Origin: Micropepsaceae bacterium
GTDB taxonomy: Bacteria; Pseudomonadota; Alphaproteobacteria; Micropepsales; Micropepsaceae
Direction of reading: 5' to 3'
DNA length: 64,000 nucleotides
NCBI GenBank assembly: GCA_041477875.1
Contig: JBGOVA010000002.1
Span: 71-64,070 of the forward strand
Made by a program: the position numbers and the translations under genes. Under the pieces are notes generated by a model. It had not been told where the DNA came from. It ran no database searches and worked only from the letters and a program-made list of their open reading frames with translations. This document shows, piece by piece, positions 35,671-42,987 of this stretch (within the stretch, counting starts at the first letter, position 1; every line of letters starts with the position of its first letter).

Positions 35671-35968
35671 GGCTCATTGATATGGGTCAAGCGGCGTGTG
35701 CGCTGATCGACGTCTGACGCCTCGAAAGGTCTCGAGACCAGGCCACATGGTTGACGGGCAGCAGCTGCGGACTGACCGCAATGGCGACCCCGCGCAGGAT
35801 CGCCCGCGAGCCGCGCTGCGCGACGAAAAGAGGGAAAGGCTCAGCGAGAAGAAGGCGATTGCGTTGAGGCTCGCCCAACTTTCCATGATCAAGCGGCCCG
35901 TGCTCATCGCGGGTGAGCGCTTGGCTTCAAGTGGGAGCAATATGGCGCGGTTTTCGGCGCGGGATTGA
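35671..35968 (+). pseudogene. Degenerate ArsC/YffB-family reductase remnant
   Basis: The C-terminal 45 aa ([32 protein letters not shown]) look like the ArsC/Spx-family tail. The N-terminal part is recognisable only across two frames (MGQAAC...ATWL) and has an in-frame stop. Confidence 0.35.
35677..35690. promoter_or_regulatory. FNR/FixK-type box TTGATATGGGTCAA
   Basis: It is a perfect TTGA-N6-TCAA, about 95 nt upstream of the ferredoxin ATG. It also overlaps the first codons of the ArsC-like remnant, so its function is uncertain. Confidence 0.4.
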
Positions 35969-36461
35969 TGTGGCCGCTGTCGGCTTTTGTCGCGGGACTG
36001 AAGACGGGCGGTTCGAGGCGCTGGCTTTCGGTTAGGCCTCGCGGCAATGCTTCGCCGGCGAGCGTGCCGGCGCCTGCGTATTCCTTCCACGCCGAGCCCG
36101 AGAGATAGCCGCGGATCACGCATTCGATCGGGAACACCTTTGTGCGCCGGCACAACATGGCGCGCCCCGCGATCGCCGTGCGGTGAGGTTTGAGCGCGGG
36201 CAGGGCGGCGACGATCTCGTCGGCCGCTGCGGAAATCAAGTGATGCGCCGCGACATCCTTGAGACGGCCGAACCACCAGGCGCTGATCTGCGTGAGCACG
36301 ACGCCCTTGAACGGGATCGCCTCGGCCATCACCACGTCGAAGGCGCTGATGCGGTCGGTCGCGACGAGCAGCAGGCGGTCGGGATCGACCTCGTAGATGT
36401 CGCGCACCTTGCCGCGCCCGAGGCGCTTCAGCGGTAGATCGCTGGCCGTCATGGGTGTCAT
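35904..36461 (-). pseudogene. purC: 3-prime-truncated SAICAR synthase gene (purC-like)
   Basis: PurC-like sequence (GKVRDIYEV...[15 protein letters not shown]...[18 protein letters not shown]...[11 protein letters not shown]) stops at about 35970. The conserved HDENI motif and the whole C-terminal third are missing. The last 21 codons are the antisense of the ArsC-like tail. Confidence 0.55.
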
Positions 36462-36559
36462 GGGTCGAAGTCCTGGGTCTCGCGGTTCGTTGACTTTAAG
36501 GCGCAAGCCGCACGAAGGTGAGCGCAGTTTGCGCTTAACCAGGAGAAAATCTTCTCGAC

Positions 36560-37012
36560 ATGCACGCATTCGCGGCAGCCGGCGCCGGGTTTCTTGTCGC
36601 CGTGTTGTGGTTCGACCTCATGTTCGACGTCCAGGCGCGCAGGCAACCGGGCGATACGATTTCTCCCGAGGCGTTGGCATCGATCTCGGCCTACTACCGG
36701 CGCGTCACCACCGACGCGCGGCCGATGAACCGGCTGATCGCGCTGGTGATGGGTCTGACCTTGCTGGCCATCGTCGTCGAGATCATCCGGGGCGTGGAGC
36801 CGTGGTGGACCGGATGGGCCTCCCTCGCGATCGCCGCGAGCGCGATTGGATTGGCCCTGGGGCGCACGATTCGAAACGCGGTGCGCCTTGGTGCCGGGAA
36901 GGACTCGCTCGACGCGCGAGCGCGTCTCGCCCGCGCGGTCTACCAGGATCATTTGTACTGTTTCTCGGCCATGGTCTTGGTGGTCGGGCTCCAGCTGGCG
37001 GCGCAGGCATGA
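36560..37012 (+). CDS. Hypothetical four-TM membrane protein
   Basis: This is a 150-aa ORF with typical codon usage and four hydrophobic helices. I recognise no family. Confidence 0.55.
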   Translation: MHAFAAAGAGFLVAVLWFDLMFDVQARRQPGDTISPEALASISAYYRRVTTDARPMNRLIALVMGLTLLAIVVEIIRGVEPWWTGWASLAIAASAIGLALGRTIRNAVRLGAGKDSLDARARLARAVYQDHLYCFSAMVLVVGLQLAAQA

Positions 37013-37086
37013 TGCCGCGCATTGTGCCCTTGCCACCTTCAGCGCACAGACGATAGCGTCGCGCGCCAAAGCGCGGGGTAGGGCTG

Positions 37087-38193
37087 ATGTCGGGTTTCTT
37101 TCGGTGGGCGGCGGTCGTTGCCGCCCTTTTGCTTGTCGTTGGCGCGGCTGGCGTGTTTGCGATGCTGAGCGTGCCGTCGCTTCAAGACGCCGTGTTCGAG
37201 CGGGTGGCAACGGCGGCTCTCGGCCAGAACCGCGACGCGCTGATGAAGGACGATGCCCTGCGCGCCGTCGTGTGCGGCTCCTCGTCGCCGTTGACCGATC
37301 CGAGCCGCGCCAAATCCTGCATCGCGGTGATCGCGGGCGGCAAGATCTACTTCGTCGATACCGGGCCGCAATCGTACGGCAAGGTTGCGCAGTTTCGCTT
37401 GCCGGTCGAGCGGATCGGCGCGGTCTTCTTCACCCATTTTCATTCCGATCACGTCGCCGATTTGGGCGAGTTCAATATGAACAGTTGGGGTTTGGGACGC
37501 AGCAAGCCGCTCGACGTCTACGGACCGCCCGGAGTCGAGCGCGTGGTCGCGGGCTTCCAGGAAGCCTATGCGCTGGATGAGGGCTATCGCATCGCCCATC
37601 ACGGCGCGGATTTCATGCCGCCTGATATCTGGAAGATGGTGGCGCATCCGGTTGCGATGCCGGGTGAGCCGACGCCGGCGCCCGACCGCACGGCCGTGGT
37701 CTTCGATGACGGACAGCTCAAAGTGACCGCGATCGAAGTCAACCACGAACCTGTCGAGCCGGCCTACGGCTATCGCTTCGACTACAAGGGCCGGTCGATC
37801 GTGATCAGCGGCGACACGCGCAAGCACGAGCCGCTGGCGAAGGCGGCGGCAGGCGCCGACGTTCTCTTCCACGAAGGCCAGGCGCAGCATATGGTCAAGA
37901 CGCTGCAGGCGATCGCGGCTGCGGGCGGACAGAAGCGGCTCGCAAAAATCCTGGGCGATATCCCGAGCTATCACACGTCGCCAGTTCAGGCGGCGGAGAT
38001 TGCGAACGAGGCGAAGGTGAAACTCCTCGTGCTCACCCACCTGACGCCGCCGATCGTGAACATCGTTGCCGAGCGGATTTACACGCGGGGCCTCAGCGAA
38101 GCGCGCAAAGGCGATTGGGCGATCGCGCACGACGGCACGCTGATCGAATTGCCGATCGGGTCGGGCGAGGTGCGCCAGGATTCCATCAACTGA
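37087..38193 (+). CDS. MBL-fold metallo-hydrolase (RNase Z/BN-like) with N-terminal anchor
   Basis: The metal motif is FFTHFHSDHVADLG, and SGDTRKHE and VLTHL follow later. An N-terminal TM helix is present. Confidence 0.8.
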   Translation: MSGFFRWAAVVAALLLVVGAAGVFAMLSVPSLQDAVFERVATAALGQNRDALMKDDALRAVVCGSSSPLTDPSRAKSCIAVIAGGKIYFVDTGPQSYGKVAQFRLPVERIGAVFFTHFHSDHVADLGEFNMNSWGLGRSKPLDVYGPPGVERVVAGFQEAYALDEGYRIAHHGADFMPPDIWKMVAHPVAMPGEPTPAPDRTAVVFDDGQLKVTAIEVNHEPVEPAYGYRFDYKGRSIVISGDTRKHEPLAKAAAGADVLFHEGQAQHMVKTLQAIAAAGGQKRLAKILGDIPSYHTSPVQAAEIANEAKVKLLVLTHLTPPIVNIVAERIYTRGLSEARKGDWAIAHDGTLIELPIGSGEVRQDSIN

Positions 38194-38228
38194 AGTGGCG
38201 CGCCGGCCGCGCCGGGGTATGATGGCGC

Positions 38229-38504
38229 ATGTCGCCGATTGCTCTCGTCGCGCTTGGGGCGCTTCTTCTCTATCTCGCGTTGCGCGTCGGGCGAATGAAG
38301 CGCTCGCTGCCGTTCGTGTTCGCCTATCCGCTGTTCGTGATCATCCTGCTGGGCGGGAGCGCGGCGATCTTTGTCGGAGCGACGCATAGCGTGGTCCGGC
38401 TCGGCCTTGACGGCGAGGATCCGCGGGCGCTGATCGGGGTTTACGCCGCGACGGCCGTCGGCGCGCTGGTTCTCTGGTTCGTCGCGCGCCGGGCCATTCG
38501 GTAG
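38229..38504 (+). CDS. Small hypothetical membrane protein (91 aa)
   Basis: It has three hydrophobic segments. This is an ORF-only call. Confidence 0.4.
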   Translation: MSPIALVALGALLLYLALRVGRMKRSLPFVFAYPLFVIILLGGSAAIFVGATHSVVRLGLDGEDPRALIGVYAATAVGALVLWFVARRAIR

Positions 38505-38643
38505 GGCATGTTTGGCTTAAGTGGAACGATGTCGCCGCCTTTGCGGCTCCGAATCAGCCTCACCACAAACGCGGAAAGGTCCGCAAAGTTTCACGAAGCC
38601 GGAACCGGCCGTCGACAGCGACCCAAAACGTCAGACGCGCCAC

Positions 38644-39270
38644 TCAACCGGATGCGGCCTGCGTCGGAAGGGTCGCAGCAAATGCCGCAACGTCCTGCAA
38701 AGGGACCCCTGAGACGCAAAGCGGACATTCCGAGGGGACCCAAAGATTGTTGGGCAGAGTTGCGGCACTCAAGAGCGGAACGCCCTTGCTGGATGCGAAC
38801 GCGGAAGCTGCGGCGCCCAAGACGAGCAGAGCGCTGATGGCCACCACGGTTGCTCCGCAGTCCTGCAGGTCATCGAACGTACCCCGCATTGCAGAACCCG
38901 CATTGATTACGTCGTCGACGATGGCGACGCGCTGGTCCCGAAGTTTCTCGCGAAGTGGAGCGGGAACCCTATATCCACCCGGGAATAGGCCGCCCTCGGC
39001 AGGCCGCGCAATGCGCTCGGAATACGTGAATTGGACGTCCAGCAGCAACGCCGCCATCAGTCCCACAAAGGCTCCCTCGACAAGCGGGCCACAGACGGCG
39101 TCCAACTCCAGTTTCGACAGCGGCTCGACGAGGTTGGCGGCAACGCTCTGCACAGATCGGGGACAGCGACAGAGCGATTCAAGATCGAGCCATAGGTCTC
39201 CGTGGTGTCCAGACTCGAGGAGGAAGTGACCCTTTCTCGCCGACAACAGCTCCAGAACCTGCTCCTGCAC
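38644..39270 (-). CDS. Orotate-phosphoribosyltransferase-like PRTase
   Basis: KGHFLLESGHHGDLWLDL and the PRPP loop VAIVDDVINAGSA are present. Local GC is lower than in the surrounding sequence. Confidence 0.75.
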   Translation of the reverse strand: MQEQVLELLSARKGHFLLESGHHGDLWLDLESLCRCPRSVQSVAANLVEPLSKLELDAVCGPLVEGAFVGLMAALLLDVQFTYSERIARPAEGGLFPGGYRVPAPLREKLRDQRVAIVDDVINAGSAMRGTFDDLQDCGATVVAISALLVLGAAASAFASSKGVPLLSAATLPNNLWVPSECPLCVSGVPLQDVAAFAATLPTQAASG

Positions 39271-39365
39271 GACCTTAGCTCCGCGATTGAGCCATGAAGG
39301 GTACCGGCGACTACGGCCTGATGTGACGCCTTTCGACGGCGTCGGATTTCAGACAGAGACACTAC

Positions 39366-39395
39366 CAACAAAAAGGGCCGCTTGACGCGCGGCCC
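39366..39395 (-). terminator. Rho-independent terminator after the OMP gene
   Basis: The minus-strand hairpin is GGGCCGC-7 nt-GCGGCCC, followed by TTTTTG. Confidence 0.7.
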
Positions 39396-39420
39396 AGTGC
39401 ATAGGAGGAGGAATGCGTTG

Positions 39421-39996
39421 CTAGTTCAACAGGAAGTCGAAGCGCAGCGTCACGCTTTGATTTTCCTCTTCGTTCTGAGGAAGCGTGCTCTGCGTGAGGT
39501 AGGCGTTGTTGACCGCTTCCGAGTAGCGATACTCCAGCCCCAACGCCATTGACGGGGTGAACGAATACGTCACGCCAGCCATGCCTTGATAGGCAAAATT
39601 ACCGCGCGGCAGCGCCGCGTTGGCGAGCGGATCCTCGCCCAAATTGAACTTGCCGAAGCCGCCGCCGACATACGTGCCGAGCGCCCAATCGGTCGTGTAG
39701 ACGTAATAGCCGTTGGCGGTGATCGACTGCGCGCCTTCGTCCTGGCTCTCCAAAGGAACCGAAAGACCGGCTGCTTCCGGCGCCAAGCCGCTTTCAGCGC
39801 CAAGGCCCGAATGGACACCGACGAAGAAGCCCTGCTTCCCTTGCGGCACGTCGGCCGCTTTCGCGGACATGCCCAAGTCGGCGTAGACGGTGTTGAGGAT
39901 GCGGTCGGCCAGCGACAGCTCATCGGCGTGCGCGGACGCCGATGCCGTCAAGGCACCCGCCGCTGTCATCGCCAAGATCGTCACTGCACGTTTCAT
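39421..39996 (-). CDS. Small outer-membrane beta-barrel protein
   Basis: This uses the internal ATG (MKRAVTILAMTAAGALTASASAHA, a signal peptide). The C-terminus has alternating aromatic/hydrophobic beta-strands (YQGMAGVTYSF, LGLEYRYSE, VTLRFDF). Confidence 0.7.
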   Translation of the reverse strand: MKRAVTILAMTAAGALTASASAHADELSLADRILNTVYADLGMSAKAADVPQGKQGFFVGVHSGLGAESGLAPEAAGLSVPLESQDEGAQSITANGYYVYTTDWALGTYVGGGFGKFNLGEDPLANAALPRGNFAYQGMAGVTYSFTPSMALGLEYRYSEAVNNAYLTQSTLPQNEEENQSVTLRFDFLLN

Positions 39997-40741
39997 CGTG
40001 CGCCAGCCCCGCTCATCAAGCCTTGCAGAGAGAATCGGTAACCGCCCGCCCCGCAAAGCCCTTTTTCACAAGCCTTACTATGGGCGAGTCTCCCTACGAC
40101 GCAATTGTCGGCGGCAAAGATTGTCGGACCCTTGCAGCCAAGACACATAGTTATTGCCTGTGGCCGGCAGAGCACATCCGGGGGTAGAGCGCGGCGCCAA
40201 GGTCGCGCCCGGGATGGTTGAATCTCTACGGTTAAGCCGTCCGCGCAAGGCAGGTATTCCGCCAAATGCCCAGAGGAATCTACTGCGCGGACGCCGGAGT
40301 TGCACGCCCGCGATGGGCGACGTCCCACGCGAGTCTTGAGGGTGCGGTTTGAGGGGAGTGGAGAGGAAGCGGGTCTTGAGAGGCGGTTGGGGCGGGCTGT
40401 TAGCACCTTCGTAACGATTTTGACCCTGTGCCTGGAGTGTTCGAGGGGGCTTTCGGGGCGAGGTGATTCGGTCTGCCTTTTGCCCAGCAGGAGAAGGCTT
40501 GGCAGCGAAACATCACCACTGCCGCCCCCTATGAGTTGAGGCCATTGAAAGTTCTTTTTGCCGCACCGAGAATTGTGTGCGTGCCCTGGCCCCATTGAGG
40601 CGGCGCCGTGCCCTCGCGTCGCCATAATTGCGCGCGCCTGAAATCTTCTTCATCTGATTGCGGGCCATGGGCAACATGGCTAAGGTCCGCGGTCATTTCA
40701 CCCCAGCGGCAGTTTTCGAGCGCCCTCAACGAAGGCATTGC

Positions 40742-41599
40742 GTGAGCGACGTTTTTCAAGAAGTCGAAGAGGAATATCGCCGCGAACAAATGGCGAAATT
40801 CTGGGCGAAGTACCGTGTCGCCATCGTTGCCGGGGTTGCCGCGCTGATCGTGGGTGTCGCAGGCTATCAGGGCTGGTCCTATTGGCGGGCGCGGCAAATC
40901 GAGGCGTCCTCGCGCGGGCTCGAGAGCGCCGCGCAAATGATGGCGCAGGGGTCGGGACAGGAAAAAGAAGCAGCCGACGCGCTCGCCAAGATCGTTGCGA
41001 CCGGCAGCGGCGGTTATCCGTTGATGGCGCGGTTCCAGGAGGCGGCCCTGCGTGCCGAACTGGGGGACGTGAAATCCGCGGTTGCCATCTATGATTCGAT
41101 TGCAGCCAAGGGCTTGGGCGATGCGGTGATGCGCGACTATGCGCAGCTGCGCGCCGCCATCCTGCTCAGCGAGATCGCGCCGTTCGACGAAATCAAGAGG
41201 CGGCTTGAGCCCTTGGCCAAGGGTGACGGCGCTTGGCATCTGCAAGCGATGGAAATGCTCGCCTATGCGGCATGGCGCGCCGGCAAGAAAGACGATGCGC
41301 TGAAGCTCTACGCCGACATCCAGGCCACGCCCGGCGCTCCCGCTGGGACCAAGCGGCGTGCGTTGGAAATGGCGGCACTGGTCGGCGCGGGCATGAAGCT
41401 GGCGGACATCAAGACGCCCCCGGCGATGCCGACCGCGCCCGGCGGCAGCGAGCCGCTGTTGCTTCCTCCCACGCCGTCTCCCACGCCTGGCGATCCGAGT
41501 TCGCTCCTCGGGCCGAGCCCAACTCCGTCTCCTACCCCTGAGGATCCCAGCTCACTCCTCGGGCCAAACCCCGCGCCGCCGTCGTCCCCCACGCCCTGA
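40742..41599 (+). CDS. YfgM-like membrane-anchored TPR-like protein (DUF2659 type)
   Basis: The GTG start (VSDVFQEVEEEYRREQMAKFWAKYR) is followed by a TM helix. This is the conserved position upstream of bamB-der. The C-terminal tail is Pro-rich and repetitive. Confidence 0.7.
   Translation: MSDVFQEVEEEYRREQMAKFWAKYRVAIVAGVAALIVGVAGYQGWSYWRARQIEASSRGLESAAQMMAQGSGQEKEAADALAKIVATGSGGYPLMARFQEAALRAELGDVKSAVAIYDSIAAKGLGDAVMRDYAQLRAAILLSEIAPFDEIKRRLEPLAKGDGAWHLQAMEMLAYAAWRAGKKDDALKLYADIQATPGAPAGTKRRALEMAALVGAGMKLADIKTPPAMPTAPGGSEPLLLPPTPSPTPGDPSSLLGPSPTPSPTPEDPSSLLGPNPAPPSSPTP
41474..41575 (+). repeat. Tandem 51-nt in-frame duplication (PSPTPxDPSSLLGPxPx, two copies)
   Basis: Unit 41474-41524 and unit 41525-41575 are about 80% identical by eye. 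Confidence 0.7.
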
Positions 41600-41612
41600 C
41601 AACGAGACCCAA

Positions 41613-42965
41613 ATGACCCACCGCCTCAACCGTGCAACGCTGGCGGCCGCGAGCGTTTTGCTCGCGAGCGCCTTGTCGCTCGGCGCCTGTGAAACCTTCG
41701 AGCAGTTCCTCACACCCGGCAAGAAAGTCGACATCCGCGGCGAGCGCGTTTCCGTGCTGCCCAGCGTGCGGACCGTCGAGCCTGACGCGAAACTCGCGGC
41801 CGAGGCGGTGAAGCTGCCCAAGCCCGTGATCAATCCGGATTGGCCGGAGCCGGGCGGCTATGCCGATAACGTCATGCATCACCTGTCGGCGGCGGGTGAG
41901 CTCGATCGCGCCTGGAGCACGAGCATCGGCTCAGGCTCATCGACGTCGTCGCGGCTGACCGCCTCGCCGGTGGTTTCGGGGGGCAAGATTTACGCGCTCG
42001 ACTCGGAAGTTAATGTAACGGCGTATGACGCGAGGAACGGCGACCGGCTGTGGCGCGTCGACCTGACGCCGGAGGACGAGGATTCCGAGGACGGTTTTGG
42101 CGGCGGCGTTGCAGTCGAAGGCGGGCGACTGTTCGTCTCGACCGGGTTCGGCTTCGTCGTGGCGCTTGATGCCAACACCGGCAAAGAGATTTGGCGGCGT
42201 ACCGCGACCGTGCCGTTTCGCGCGGCGCCCGTCGTGAACGGCGGGCGCGTGTTCGTCGCAACGCAGGAAAACCAGCTGCTTGCGCTGGCCGAGGATGACG
42301 GGCGCGTGTTGTGGGATCATCGCGGCATCGCGGAGTCCGCCGGCATTCTGGGATCGAACAGCGTCGCGGTGTCGGGCGATCTTGTGGTCGTGCCGTACAC
42401 GTCGGGCGAGTTGTTCGCGCTCAACGTGCGCAACGGGCGCGCGGCGTGGAGCGACACGCTGGCGCGCACCGGCGGTCTGACGCCGCTGTCGTCGCTGGCC
42501 GATATTTCGGGGCGCCCCGTGATCGACCGCGGCCTCGTTTTCGCCAACAGCCACGCGGGCCGCTTGGTCGCGATCGACATCCGCACGGGCGAGCGCGTGT
42601 GGACTATCGATGTCGGCGGCACGCAACGCCCGTGGGTCGCGGGCGACTATGTCTTCGTGATCACCGACGATGCGAAGGTCATGTGCGTCAGGCGCGCGGA
42701 CGGGCGCATCCGCTGGATCCATCAGCTCGACGCCTACCGCAACGCGGAGACGCGCTCGGGGCCGATTTCGTGGTCGGGACCCGTGCTCGTGTCGGACCGG
42801 CTGCTGGCGCTGTCGTCGGAGGGTTATGCGGTTTCGATTTCGCCTTATACCGGCGAGGTGCTGGGCCAGATCGACATTCCCGACAAGGCGTTCATCGCGC
42901 CGATCGTGGCCGACAACACCGTCTTCATCCTGACCGACGACGCGCGGCTGACGGCGTTGAAGTAG
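41613..42965 (+). CDS. bamB: Outer membrane protein assembly factor BamB (PQQ-like beta-propeller lipoprotein)
   Basis: The lipobox is LSLGAC. Propeller blades repeat (G.L.ALDA.TG...W). It lies between the yfgM-like gene and der. Confidence 0.85.
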   Translation: MTHRLNRATLAAASVLLASALSLGACETFEQFLTPGKKVDIRGERVSVLPSVRTVEPDAKLAAEAVKLPKPVINPDWPEPGGYADNVMHHLSAAGELDRAWSTSIGSGSSTSSRLTASPVVSGGKIYALDSEVNVTAYDARNGDRLWRVDLTPEDEDSEDGFGGGVAVEGGRLFVSTGFGFVVALDANTGKEIWRRTATVPFRAAPVVNGGRVFVATQENQLLALAEDDGRVLWDHRGIAESAGILGSNSVAVSGDLVVVPYTSGELFALNVRNGRAAWSDTLARTGGLTPLSSLADISGRPVIDRGLVFANSHAGRLVAIDIRTGERVWTIDVGGTQRPWVAGDYVFVITDDAKVMCVRRADGRIRWIHQLDAYRNAETRSGPISWSGPVLVSDRLLALSSEGYAVSISPYTGEVLGQIDIPDKAFIAPIVADNTVFILTDDARLTALK

Positions 42966-42987
42966 GCGCCCGAGCCCTGATGCGGAA

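Noticed and set aside
40100-40640. The possibility that the structured gap is RNase P RNA, tmRNA (including the two-piece alphaproteobacterial form), SRP RNA or a cobalamin riboswitch.
   Set aside because: On either strand I could not find the RNase P P4 motifs (GAGGAAAGUCCGG, ACAGAAxCCGGCUUA). I also found no T-arm with a CCA end and no tag ORF ending in AA-stop. The SRP GGAA tetraloop motif and the B12 box were absent too. It is retained only as an unclassified candidate.
38500-40700. The lower-GC stretch (PRTase, OMP, structured gap) as a mobile genomic islet.
   Set aside because: I could identify no integrase, transposase, tRNA target or flanking direct repeats. The compositional dip alone is insufficient evidence.
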